DNA of 64,000 nucleotides from Ginglymostoma cirratum (lineage: Eukaryota). The position numbers and the translations under genes are program-made. Location: positions 34,784,463-34,848,462 of the forward strand of contig JAHRHZ010000222.1 in NCBI GenBank assembly GCA_024137785.1, written 5' to 3'. Numbering within the stretch: position 1 is the first letter of the stretch; every line of letters begins with the position of its first letter. The notes under the pieces were generated by a model. That model saw only the letters and a program-made list of their open reading frames with translations, did not search any database and had not been told where the DNA came from. Shown here piece by piece: positions 14,201 to 25,945 of the stretch.

Positions 14201-15171
14201 GACACAGCAATGGCTGCGTTGATTTGAAAAGCTGAATTTGAAGTAAGCTGCTGCAGCTTCCAAGACCAGCAACATACTCACCAGGGGAAAAAAAATCCAA
14301 ATCTCCTGTAATGGTAACCTGACTCTTCAGCCCACACAGCATTAATTTGCATTCAGACATCTTTTTTGACAAAAGCAATAACATTTGAAATAGCAAATGG
14401 AATTTTTGGTATCCATCTCTCAGTTTCAGATGACCTCACCATTCTCACACAAATCTTCAGTGATTTCTGCAGCTGCTTGTCAGTTCACAACATTTACAAA
14501 TTTCTCCTGAAAGGCTTCAGCAAACTCACTGACAGGAGCAGTATACTATCAGGCATATTGAGAGGAACTCTTGCTTAAAACACAAAGATCCAGGAACAGT
14601 AAGACACAAATAAAAGTTTAAAGCATGAGTTGTGTTGTGTCCTAGCATCAGTGAGCATTTTGCCACTCATGCATAAAGCTGTGCAATAGAGGCATAGTGC
14701 ATACATCATTGGGCGAACCGTGGAGAATCGTGGGAGTTAACTCGTTAGAGCTTACAGAGAGAAACCCTCTATAAAGCTCCCCGAAATTTGACTTCCAGCT
14801 GATATTTTGCAAAATTCCACACATGGTGTCAGTCATATTTCTTGATGTCCGAGAGATCCTCTGAATGAGACATCAGACAACTTCAAACGTAGCCCCCATA
14901 TCTTTAACCAGTGCACAAGATAAGACATTAGAAGTTGGTAACTCTAGAAAAAGGGTCAACAACCTCTTTTTTGCCTGATGACAGAAAAAATTCCTAAAAT
15001 AAAAATGGTAGCCACAAGTTCAAAAACATTAAAAAATACAGTAAAGGCATAAGCATACCTACATAAGAAAAATTGTTTGTTGAGAATCAAAGAAACATTA
15101 TGTATTTGCATCATTACAATTGTATTCAAAGTTTAATTTGATTCTACCCAAATTTTACACTAGGCTTTGGT

Positions 15172-15981
15172 TTTTGGAATTTAGTTTAGATAAATGTGAT
15201 GTATTGCATTCGGGCAGCGCAAACCAGCGCAGGACTTATACAGTTAATGATAGGGCCCTGGGGAGTGTTGCTGAACAAAGAGACCTTGGAGTGCAGGTCC
15301 ATAGTTCCTTGGAAGTGGAGTTGTAGTTGCAGGTAGACAGGATTGTGAAGAAGGTGTTTCGGATTACTTGCCTTCATTGGTCAGTGCATTGAGTATGGTA
15401 GTTGGGATGTCATGTTGCAGCTGTACAGGACATTGGCTTGGCCATTTTTAGAATACTGCATTTAATTGTGGCCTCCCTGCTATAGGATGTTGTTAAACTT
15501 CAAAGAGCTCAGAAAAGATTTAGAAGTATGCTGTTGGGGTTGGAGGGCTTGAGCTATAGGGACAGGCTGAATAGGCTGACACTTATTTTCTCCTGAGAGG
15601 TGATCTTATAGAGGCTTATAAAATCATGAGGGGCATGGATAAGGTGAAAAGTCATGGTCTTTTTCCAAGGATGGGGGAGTCCAAATCTAGAGGTCACAGG
15701 TTTAAGGTGAGAGAGGAAAGATTTAAAAAGGGCCTCAGGGGCAAATTGTTCATGCAGAGGGTGGTGCGTGTATGGAATGAGCTGCCAAAGGAGATGGTGG
15801 AGGCGGGTATAGTTACAACATTTAAAAGGCACCTGCATGGGTACATGCATGGGAAAGCTTTAGAGGGATATGGGCCAAGTACCGGCAAATGAGATCACAC
15901 CACGTCAGGAGATCTGGTCAGCGTGGATGAGTAGGACCAAAGGGTCTCTTTCCATGCTGCATAACTCTATGACTCTATAAC
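15172..15981 (+). mobile_element. CR1 LINE 3' portion (HER1-like) with tandem tail
   Basis: ORFs EFSLDKCDVLHSG..RDLGVQVHSSL and SRGHRFKV..VWNELP; tail ccatgctgcataactctatgactctataac. Confidence 0.9.
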
Positions 15982-16879
15982 TAGAGTAGGCTGATACTTT
16001 TTGGCAAAGGCGTTGAGATTTATCAATTCACAAAGAGTTTAACTGCAGCAACTTATTTGGACATGTTGAATTTTTTAAAATAATATCATTAAGACACAAA
16101 GTCTATAAAAGATGCTATTCATATATCTGATTATAGTGAAGCCAGCTCTTTGATTACCATATAATTTGGCTCATATTTCACCATTTCATGAGGAAACACC
16201 ATTTCCTCAGCCCTAAAAATCATGACTTTGCACATAGTGAGCAAATAAATCAAACCCCTTTTCAGCCATATAGTATAATTGTATTAATAGTCAGCCTCAT
16301 ATTTTCATCCCACAAATGGATGTTTTACCTACTGGGACCTTATAATTTTCTACAAGGGATCAAGCTGGCAAGAAGGGCTGTGTTACAAATCTGCATGGGG
16401 GAGTCTAAGACATGTCTGCACACAGAACAGAACTCATACAGCAAACTACAAAGATGGCGACCACCCATGCCCATACCAACAGTTTGCTTTTATACTTGGA
16501 ACACAATTCGACATTTAATTTTGGAAGGGCCACAAGACTCCAAAGATAATCTTATTTCCTGACATCGATGACACGAACTGCCGATGACTGACTGCAAGAG
16601 CAGGTAAGAAGGAATGAATCCTCAAAAACACTACTCCTTTTGCTGTTTCAAAACACAGTTGTAAAATAAACTGTTAGGTACAGAAACACTGATTGCTAAA
16701 TGTTATGACAGTTTGCAAATTGGTAATATAAACACCGTTACATAGAGGATGTAAATGACATCTAAAAAAGTCAACTATTTCCTTGAAACAAGTGGCTCTA
16801 AATTTCAGGAAAACAAAGTCAAACACTCAACATCATCGCTCTCACAAAGTATTTTGTAATCACAGTAAAAAGGAAGAAT

Positions 16880-17275
16880 TCACTATGTTGCGCCTTTCAC
16901 GGCCTTAGGGCAACCACAAAGCGGTTTACATCCAGTGAAGCGTGCTGGAAACCCGGCAGCCATTTTGCAAACTGCCTACTCTTACAAATATCAAGACGAT
17001 AATAAACAGATAATCTTCTTTCAGTTTTGTTGATTGAGGAATAAATGTTGGGCATGATAGTAGGTTCAGCCCAGGCTCTTCTTTCAAATCGTGTCAGTTA
17101 CGTTCATATAAGAAAGCAGACAAGGCGTCAGTTTTATATCTCATGTAAAAGACGGAACCTCTGACCGTAGAGCACTCCCTCAGCTATGCACTAGCGATTC
17201 AGCCTAGACTTCTGCGCTCAGGTCTCTGGAGGGTAACTTGAATCCACAAATTTCACAGCCGGACAGCTACTAACT
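16880..17275 (-). mobile_element. Deu-domain SINE (SacSINE1/AmnSINE-like), degenerate
   Basis: Minus strand gtcagaggttccgtcttttacatgagatataaaactgacgccttgtctgc resembles the Deu core (ggaggtgccgtctttcggatgagacgttaaaccgagg); B-box-like gattcaagttacc upstream. Confidence 0.6.
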
Positions 17276-17470
17276 TTTCTCTTCATTCACTGGATGTACT
17301 TGTTGCTGGCTCGGCCAGCATTTATTGCTCATCTTTAATTTGCCTGTTGAAAATAGGGAGCTGCCTTCTTGAACCACTGCAGTCCTTCAAGTTCAGGGAC
17401 ACCCAGAGTGCTGTTGAGGATAGATTGTGTGACAGTGAAGGAACAATAATATTGTCCCAAATCAGGATGA
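17275..17470 (-). mobile_element. 3' end of the LINE-B family (reverse)
   Basis: ggccagcatttattgctcatctttaatttgcctgttga...gctgccttcttgaaccactgcagtcc is the reverse complement of the 47810-47900 tail. Confidence 0.7.
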
Positions 17471-17484
17471 GGTGATGACCTGAA

Positions 17485-17822
17485 CGGTATTATTGCTAGA
17501 CTGTTAATCCAGAGACCCAGATAATGTTCTCGGGACCTGGGTTTGAAGCACGCCACGGCAGGTGGTGGAATTTGAAATCAATAAATTATCTGGAACTAAC
17601 AATCTAACGATGACCACAAATCCATTGTCGATTGTTGGAAAAACCCATCTGGTTCACTAATGTCCTTTAGGGAAGGAAACTGCCATCCTAAACTGGTCTG
17701 GTCTACATGTGACTCCAGGCCCATGGCAATGTGGTTGACTCTGAAATACCCTCTGGGCAATTAGGGATGGACAATAATTGCTGCCTGGCCAGCGATGCCC
17801 TCATCCCGTGAACGAATAAAGG
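17485..17822 (+). mobile_element. tRNA-headed SINE with a LINE-B-type 3' tail
   Basis: tRNA-like head (gctagactgttaatccagag...gggtttgaagc), core ggttcactaatgtcctttagggaaggaaactgcc, tail gggcaattagggatggacaataattgctgcctggccagcgatgccc; reverse copy at 43420-43750. Confidence 0.75.
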
Positions 17823-17839
17823 AATAATTGAATAAAGAC

Positions 17840-18335
17840 TTGGTGCTGGACTTCGATGTGGTGCTCTCATGTATCTGCTGCTCATGTCTAGGTAGTAAAG
17901 ATGACTTGTTTGGAAGGTGAGTGACTGCAGTGCATTCTGTAAATGGTATACACTCCTGCCATGGCGCATCAGCGCTGGAGGCAGTGAATGGTGAAGGGGT
18001 GAATTGTGGTACTAATCAAGCAGGCTGCTTTGTCCTGGATAGTGTCGAGCTTCTTGAGTATTGTTGGACCTGCATGTATTCATGCAATTGTATTCCATCA
18101 CATTCCTGACTTGTGCCTTGTGATGGGAGACAGGACGTGAGCTAGTCACTGCAGAATTGCTAGCCTCTAACCTGGTCTCGTAACTGTAAGTTATAGAGCC
18201 GGTGAAGCTCAATTGCCAGTCATTGCTAAACACAGACTGTTGATTTTGGGAACTTCAATGACGGCAATGCCAAAGAACATCAAGGAGAGATGGTTAGATT
18301 CCCTCTTGTTGGAGATGATCATTGCCTGATGCTCA
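17840..18335 (-). mobile_element. LINE-B RT C-terminal fragment
   Basis: ORF HKAQVRNVMEY; gctgctttgtcctggatagtgtcgagcttcttgag is the reverse of 47460-47495. Confidence 0.75.
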
Positions 18336-18654
18336 TAGTTATGAATGAACTGAGTCACAGCTTACATGAGGGACTTGATGAAATAAGTTAGTTGGTACAA
18401 AAGGTGATTATTAGTGGATTGATGTTACACTAAACAGATTTTCTGACATTTAGAGTGAATACTGTGGAATGCAAACAAGCCATGAGAACCAAGCTTTGTG
18501 TTAATTTTTGTTCACTCTTGTAGACATTTGGGACCAGCAAAATGCCAGAATAACATGCATTTACATTGCACCTTTAATGTAGAAAAATGTTCCCCAGTCT
18601 TTCACAGAAGATGAAATGTGACACTGAAAAAAGACATGACATTAGGAGAGAAAA

Positions 18655-18892
18655 AAAAAACAGAAATTGCTGGAAAAGCTCAGCAAGTCTGGCAGCATCT
18701 GTGAAGAAAAAAATCAGAGTTAACATTTCAGGTCCAGGCACCTTTCCTCAGAACCCCAAGGAAGGGTCACCGGACCTGAAATGTTAACTCTGATTTTTTA
18801 ATTCACAGATGCTGCCAGACCTGCTGAGCTTTTCCAGCAACTTCTGTTTTTGTTCCTGATTTACAGCATCTGCGGTTCTTTCGGTTTTTATT
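18655..18892 (+). mobile_element. PLE pLTR fold-back element (family B)
   Basis: Inverted arms aaacagaaattgctggaaaagctcagc...aacatttcaggtcc / ggacctgaaatgtt...gctgagcttttccagcaacttctgttt, plus an unpaired tail gttcctgatttacagcatctgcggttctt; decayed hammerhead cores at the centre. Confidence 0.8.
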
Positions 18893-19000
18893 AAGATACT
18901 GGGAGAGGTGACTATCAGCTTGTCACACAAAATTTCAATATAAACCACTTACAGCATAATTTATGCAATGCACAATAATAGAATATATGTAATTTAGCAA

Positions 19001-19490
19001 TAGTCACACAGCTCAGAAATAAACCCTTCAGTCCAACCAGTCCGTGCCAAATATAATCCCAAACGAATATAGTGCTGCCAGCCTGCTCCTGGCCCATATC
19101 CCTCCAAACCTTTCCTATTCATGAGTTTATCCAAATGTCTTTTAAACCTTGTAATTGTACCCACATTCACCACTTCCTCAAAAAGTTCACTCTACACATG
19201 GACCACCCTCTGCACAAAATAATTGCTCCTGTCTTTTTTTTAAATCTCACTCCTCTCACCTTAAAACGTATCCCCTAGTTTGGAAATCCCCCATTCTAGG
19301 GAAAAGACAACTACCATTAACCCTACCAATATCCCTCATTATTTTATAAACTTCTCTAAGGTCACCCCTCAGCCTCCTACGCTCCAGTAAAAACAGTCCC
19401 AGCCTATCCAGCCTCTCCTTACAACTCAAACTTTCTATACCTGGCAACGTCCTAGTAAATTTCTTCTGAACCCTCTCCAGCTTAATAGTA
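19001..19490 (-). mobile_element. CR1 LINE 3' fragment (HER1-like)
   Basis: ORF KLERVQKKFTRTLPG..RLGLFLLERRRLRGDLREVYKIM. Confidence 0.9.
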
Positions 19491-19589
19491 TCAGTCTCTA
19501 AACCTCCACTCACTGGTCATCAGATGTCACATGTCAGGTCGACCTTATTTGCTGATGCTATTCATCACCAGGTGCATAAAAATAACCAC

Positions 19590-19900
19590 ATTCATACAAC
19601 TGGTAAGACAGGCTTGTTGGAGGGTCATATTTAGGAGAGATTTGGCAGCTAGGCAGCTAAAAACAAGAAAGCTATTGATGATGGCAAAGAAGGTGCAAGA
19701 GGCCAGAGCTGAAGGACAGCCGATTCTCAGAGGGTTGCAAAACTTAAAGAGGTTACAGAGGAAAAGGGGAAAGGTCATAGAGGAGTTTGAACACAAAATA
19801 AGGATTTTAAATTGGAGGCATCAGGAACTGAACTAATGTAGTTCATTGAGCAGAGGGCAAAGGAGTGTGTAACAAGACATGGATATCTGAGCGTTCAGAG
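19590..19900 (-). mobile_element. L2-like remnant
   Basis: Similar to 1200-1520 and 35000-35250. Confidence 0.35.
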
Positions 19901-20449
19901 AGCAGTGGAATAGTTGCATTTGGAGGTGACAAACATTCCGTTAACAGCTTAAACAGCAGATAGGTGAAAAACAGAAAGGTAACATTACGAAACCAAAATT
20001 CAGGATGGTTGACTGATGACGGAAGTTATCCCTTACAGACATGGCTAATAATACCAGTAAGACTTATTAGCACTACCTTTTGTCTCAGCTAACAAAGAAA
20101 TAAAGCAGCACTTATACAACACAACCTACTTCCTCGTGCTCAGTTTGTGTTCCACCAAGGCCATTTGGCTCCACAGTACCTTACAGGCTTGGTCCAAATA
20201 TGGAGAAGAGCTGAATTCTACAGTGAGAATGTTACTGCCCTTTTCATCATGACAACATTCCAGCATGACAGAAGCTAGTATCTCATTTTGATAATCTACA
20301 CTATTGTTATTGCTGAATTCATCACTATCAACATCCTGGCATTTTCTATTGGCCAGAATTTCACTGCCAAATAAATATACTTTCAAGACAGAATTTCTGT
20401 CTTGATCGCCTCCATAGGTCCCCAGCATTACAGATAACAAATAACAATC

Positions 20450-22035
20450 TTCAGCCAATTCAATTCATTCTACGTGATATCAGAAAATGACTGGAGAAGC
20501 TCGATATGCAAAGATTATGGGCCCTGACAACATTCCAGCAACAGTACTGAAGACTTATGCTTCAGAACTCACCACTCTCCTAGCCAAGTTCTTCCAGCAC
20601 AGCTACAACACTGACATGTACCAGACAATATGGAGAATTGCTCAGGTATGTGCTGTACAGAAAAAGCAGGACAAATCCAACCCAGCCGATTACTGTCCTA
20701 ACGGTCTGCTCTCGATCATCAGTAAGGGGATGGAAGGTGCCATCAACAGTGCTATCAAGCAGCACCTGCTCAGCAACAACCTGCTTAGTGACACCCAGTT
20801 TGGATTCTGCCAGGGCTACTCAGCTCCTGACCTCATTAAAGCCTTGGTCCAAATATGGATAAAAAAGGTGAATTCCAGAGGTGACAACCCTTGACATCAA
20901 GGCCACATTTGACTGTTTAAATCATCAAGGAGGCCTTTCAACCCTGGAATCAATGGGTATCGGGGGGCAAACCCTCTGCTACTTGAAGTCATACCTGGCA
21001 TATAGGAAGATGACTGTGGTTGCTAACCAGTCATCTCAGTTCCAGGACATTTCTGCAGGAGTTCTCAGGGTAATATCCTACGCCCAGCCATCTTTAGCTG
21101 CTTCATCAAAGACCTTCCTTCCATCATAACATTTGAAGTGGGAATGTTCACCAGAGACTGCACAATGTTTAGCACTAGTTGTGACTCCTCAGATAATGAA
21201 GCAATCCATGGTCAAATGCAACAAGATCTGGACAATATTCAGACTTAGGCTGACAAGTGGCAAGTAGCATTCATGCCACCCAAATGCCAGGCTAGTCCAT
21301 CTCCAATAAGAGACAATCTAACAACCATGTCAAGCCCCTTGACATTCAATGTTGTTATTACTACTACCCTGACCCTAATCCCACTATCAACACCCTTGGG
21401 ATTACCATTGTCCAGAAACTCAGCTGAACTCACCACATTATTACAATAGCCACAAGAGCAGGTCAAGGCTAGGAAGACTGCAGCGAGTAACTTACCTCCT
21501 GACTCCCCAAAGCCTACCCATCATCTACAAAGCACAAGTCAGGAGTGTAAAGGAATACTTCCCATTTACCTGGATGGGGACAGCTCCAACAACACTCATC
21601 CAGGACAAAGCAGCTCGCTTGACTGCATCATATCCACAAACATCCACTGCCTCCATCACCAATCCTCAGTAGCAGGAGAGTGTACTATCTACAAATGCAC
21701 TGGAGAAATTCAGCATAGATCCTTGGACAGCACCTTCCAACCTACAGCCATGTAGAAGGTCGAGGGCAGCAGATACATAGAACACTACCACCTGCAAATT
21801 CCCCTCCAAGCCACTTACCATCCTGACTTGAAAACATATCACCGTTCGTTCAGCGTCACTGGGTCAAAATCCTGGAATTCCCTCCCTAAGAGCCCTATGA
21901 GTGCATGTCACACATACATAGTACATAGAATGCGACAGTTCAACAGGGCAGCTCACCACCACCTTCCCTAGGGTAAGTAGAAACAGGAAATTAACACTGG
22001 CCAGCAAGGCACATCCACATGCCACGAGTGAAGAA
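20450..22035 (+). mobile_element. LINE-B (CR1-group) RT plus 3' UTR, degenerate
   Basis: ORF GPDNIPATVLK..LAKFFQHSYNT..DKSNPADY..LLSIISK..TQFGF; LDIKATFD; 3' tail ctcaccaccaccttc...ggccagcaaggcacatcc. Confidence 0.9.
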
Positions 22036-22069
22036 AAAAATAACTTTCCCACCATCTAGAAATCAGGAA

Positions 22070-22540
22070 TGAAATGCAATACTGTCTGGATTAATGCAAC
22101 GCCCATAATACCACAGAAGCTAACCATCAGCCAGGTCAAAGCACTTCTCTCGATCAGCACCACAACCAACACATTTGAATACTCACTCCATCTACCACCA
22201 GGATACAGCGGCTGCAGTGCTTACTGTCAATGATATGTAGTGCATCAACTCATCAATTCTCTTTCGACAGCACTTTCCAAACCTCTAAGTTCTATTTCGG
22301 AGAAGGAAGCGCACTAGATGTCTGTGAACACCACCACCCTGTGTACATTCCCCTCCACGTCACAAATCATTCTGATTTTGGAAGAGTATCTCCATTCCTT
22401 TAACTCAGCTGGGTCAAAATCCTGAAAGTCCCTCCCTAATAGCATTGTGAGCATATCCACACCACATAGACAGCAATTCTAGAAAGTGGCTCACCACCAT
22501 CTTCCCTGGGGTGATTAGAGATGGACAATAAATATTGATC
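22070..22540 (+). mobile_element. Older LINE-B-type 3' fragment in tandem
   Basis: Repeats motifs of 21540-22000 (tcaggaatg, cagcactttccaaacc, gggtcaaaatcctg, ctcaccaccatcttc). Confidence 0.65.
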
Positions 22541-22544
22541 TTTC

Positions 22545-22907
22545 CAGGTTTACGAAATCATGAGGAGCATTGAAAAGGTGAATAGCAAAGGTCTTTTCCC
22601 TCGCGTGGGCGAGTTCAAAACTAGGGGGTGTATTTTTAAGGTGAGAGGAGAAAAATTGAAAAGAGGCCCAAGGAGCAAGTTTTTCAGAGGGTGGCTCATA
22701 TTGGAATGAACTGCCAGAGAAAGTGGTAGATGCACGTACAGTTACAACAATTAAAAGACATTTGGATAGGCACGACAACAGGAAAGGTTTAGAGGGATAT
22801 GGGCCAAACACAGGCAAGTGGGACCAGTTTAGTTCAGGAAGCTTGGTCAGCATGGGCGAGTTGGAGCGAAGGGTCTGTTTCCATACTGAATGATTATATG
22901 ACTCTGT
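22545..22907 (+). mobile_element. CR1 LINE 3' fragment (HER1-like)
   Basis: tggaatgaactgccagagaaagtggtag...gagggatatgggccaaa...ggtctgtttccatactgaatgattatatgactct. Confidence 0.88.
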
Positions 22908-23171
22908 AACAAAATGAAAAAACGGTACATCAACCGCAGTTAGTTGTTAGGGCTGGGCTATAAGAAGCTCTTCTTTCCGTGGCTGCTGATTATCCTGACC
23001 CCTCTCCACTCCTCAAGTTTTAGGGATACTGTTTTTACCCCCACCTCTTCATTGTCATTTCTTTCAGCTTTTGGAAGCTTCTTTAGTACAGAGCAAACTA
23101 CAAAGAATCTGGACTATATTGTATGGCTCCACCATACACAATGAAGTATCTAAAACAAATGTTTTCAGGGA

Positions 23172-23798
23172 GAGATAACAAGGTGTAGAGCTGGATGAAC
23201 ACAGCAGGCCAAGCAGCATCAGAGGAGCAGGAAGGCTGACGTTTCGGGGTCTAGGCCTGAAACGTCAGNNNNNNNNNNNNNNNNNNNNNNNNNNNNNNNN
23301 NNNNNNNNNNNNNNNNNNNNNNNNNNNNNNNNNNNNNNNNNNNNNNNNNNNNNNNNNNNNNNNNNNNNNNNNNNNNNNNNNNNNNNNNNNNNNNNNNNNN
23401 NNNNNNNNNNNNNNNNNNNNNNNNNNNNNNNNNNNNNNNNNNNNNNNNNNNNNNNNNNNNNNNNNNNNNNNNNNNNNNNNNNNNNNNNNNNNNNNNNNNN
23501 NNNNNNNNNNNNNNNNNNNNNNNNNNNNNNNNNNNNNNNNNNNNNNNNNNNNNNNNNNNNNNNNNNNNNNNNNNNNNNNNNNNNNNNNNNNNNNNNNNNN
23601 NNNNNNNNNNNNNNNNNNNNNNNNNNNNNNNNNNNNNNNNNNNNNNNNNNNNNNNNNNNNNNNNNNNNCTGACGTTTCAGGCCTAGACCCCGAAACGTCA
23701 GCCTTCCTGCTCCTCTGATGCTGCTTGGCCTGCTGTGTTCATCCAGCTCTACACCTTGTTATCTCAGATTCTCCAGCATCTGCAGTTCCTACTGTCTC
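23172..23798 (+). mobile_element. PLE pLTR fold-back element (family A) spanning an assembly gap
   Basis: Near-perfect inverted arms gagataacaagg.../...ccttgttatctc plus a 33-nt tail; TSD aaatgttttcaggg (23157-23170) / aaacgttttcaggg (23801-23814). Confidence 0.85.
23269..23668. other. Assembly gap (400 N)
   Basis: N run. Confidence 1.
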
Positions 23799-23814
23799 TG
23801 AAACGTTTTCAGGG

Positions 23815-24170
23815 TGAGCCTTGATTTAGTGGTAACAGACTTGCCTGAGTGAGACCTTGGGGGCTCAAGCCTCACCCGAGACTTCAGTGCATAACCTTGA
23901 CTGTCACACGAGTACAGCACTGACTGGGTGTAGGTGAAAATTAAATGATGGTTCCACTCACTTTCTTGGGGAACAACTGGATTCCATGGCATGACTTGAT
24001 GAAAAAGGCTATAGTTCATTAGTCTGTTCAATGTACATGTCTCAGCCATCACAGTCAAAGCAGGCTGTCTGGTCATTAATTTCATTATCGTTGTTGACAC
24101 TTGCACTATGCTAACTAGCTGCTGCATTGGCCAAACTTCTCACAGTGATGACATATTTTTAAAAAACACT
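23815..24170 (+). mobile_element. Degenerate tRNA-headed (Deu-like) SINE
   Basis: A-box-like tgatttagtgg, B-box-like ggctcaagcc, then agacttcagtgcataaccttgactgtcac, similar to the reverse of 17180-17250. Confidence 0.45.
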
Positions 24171-24179
24171 TCAATGCTT

Positions 24180-25945
24180 AGAAGATTGTAAGAAAAAGGA
24201 GCAGGCACCGGCCATTTAGTCTTTCAATCCTACACTCGCTACCATTTTCCATGTTGTATTCAAAATGAGAATTTCTTTGCAAAAGCACAATCTATTTCTG
24301 TCCTTCGCAGACTCTTTCTATTGTCCTCACAACCTACCCTATCTATGCAATTATCAACGAATTTGACCAGAATACATTTGATCCCTTCAACTAAGTTATT
24401 AATATTAAACCAGAAACGTTAACATTGACCCTGTGGCACTTCACTCACTAGTTTGTCAAAATGAAAACTACCTATTTATCCCACTTCTCTATTTCCTGTT
24501 AGCGAGCTAATATCCCTTACACCCTGAGCTCTTATTTTATGTAACAAACTACATAATGTGGCACATTACTAAATACCTATTGGAAAAGAAAAATACAGTA
24601 CATCAATTGTATCCCTGCTGACACTCTCAAAGATTTCAAAGAAATTTGTTAAGTATGATTTCCCTTTCATAAACTATGTTGACTCTGCCTTATTGTGTTA
24701 TGATTTTTAAATGCCCTGCTACTTCACCATCAACAATGGATTCAAGCATTTTCCCAATTTCAAAATTAGGAGAACTAGCCGAGTTTCCGCTTTCTGTCTC
24801 CCTTCTTTCTTGAATAATGGCGTTACAATTATGTCTTTCCAATCTGTCGGGGCCTTTCCAGAATCTAGGATATTTTGATGTGGACATGCCAGTGTCGGAC
24901 TGGGGTGGACAAAGTCAGAAGTGACACCAGGTTATGGTTCAACAGGTTTCTGTGAAATCACAAGCTTTCAAAGCACTGCTCCTTCGTCAGGTTATAGTTA
25001 ATGATCTTCTTTTAAGAACCTAGGATGCAGGCTCTCAGATCCATGGAACTTGAGAGACTGTTGCCCCATCAGTTTTTCTGACACTTGTTTTCTGGTGATA
25101 GTGAGAGTCTTAAATTGCTCCCTACGTTTTGTCCGTTTTGCCAGCACTCTTGGGTTGTTTTCTGTGTTCTCTATTGCAAAGACAGATACAAAATATCTGT
25201 CCGAAGTCTATATCAGTTCCTTTTACCATTTTATTAATTCTCCAGTCTTCCCTTTTCGGGAACCAAGGCTCATCTTAGATACTCTTTTTCCATTTTACAT
25301 ACTTGTAAAAGCTGTTACTGTCTGTTTCACATTTCTTGCTAGTTTTAATCTTGTATACCAATTTCTCACACCATTTTTTGAGGCATCCTTTGCTGGTTTC
25401 CAAATCTCTTTTAATGTTCTCGGCTATCACTAATTCTCACAACATTACACACTTTTACATTAATTTAATACCATCCTTAATTTCCTTAGTTGGCCACAGA
25501 TTGTGAATGTTTCTCAGATTCATTATTTGTCAATGGATCATATCCATGTTGAGAATGATGAGATTTCTCCTTAAATGTCTGCCACTCCTTCCCTGTCATT
25601 TTACTATTTAACATATTCTCCCAATCTACTTTAACTGACTCTGACTCAATACTGTTGTAAATGCCTTAAATAAAGTTTTGAACCACATTTCTTACACCGA
25701 AGCAAAATGTAAAATTCTATAACATTGGTTTTACCTCAAGGATCTTTTGTTATCTCACTACAAATTAAAGGTCCAAAACAGGCCTTAAAACAGGTCTAAA
25801 ATGGCCAGTTTTCTTGTTGGCTCCAGAACATAATGTTCGCAGAAAACTCATGTATACACTCTATGAACCTATTCTCCAGGCCAATATTGCCAATTTGATT
25901 TGTCCTATCTGTATGAACATTAAAATCGCGCACAATTATCACAGT
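24180..25945 (-). mobile_element. Old fragmented CR1 LINE (RT plus endonuclease remnants)
   Basis: ORFs EIGKMLESIV..VAGHL and IIVRDFNVH.D..NQIG..FIECI; tail taagaaaaaggagcagg. Confidence 0.7.
24879..24992 (-). mobile_element. PLE pLTR fragment (family D) with a hammerhead-like core
   Basis: Minus strand CTGACGA-A-GGAGC-agt-GCTTT-GAAA-GCTT, followed by gtgatttcac...aacctggtgtc...tgtccaccccagtccgacactggcatgtccaca. Confidence 0.6.

Noticed and set aside
21965-21975. EBF-like sites tccctagggt (and tccctgggg near 22503)
   Set aside because: Both are mutated versions of the LINE-B tail (ttctcaagggc) inside repeats, with no independent support.
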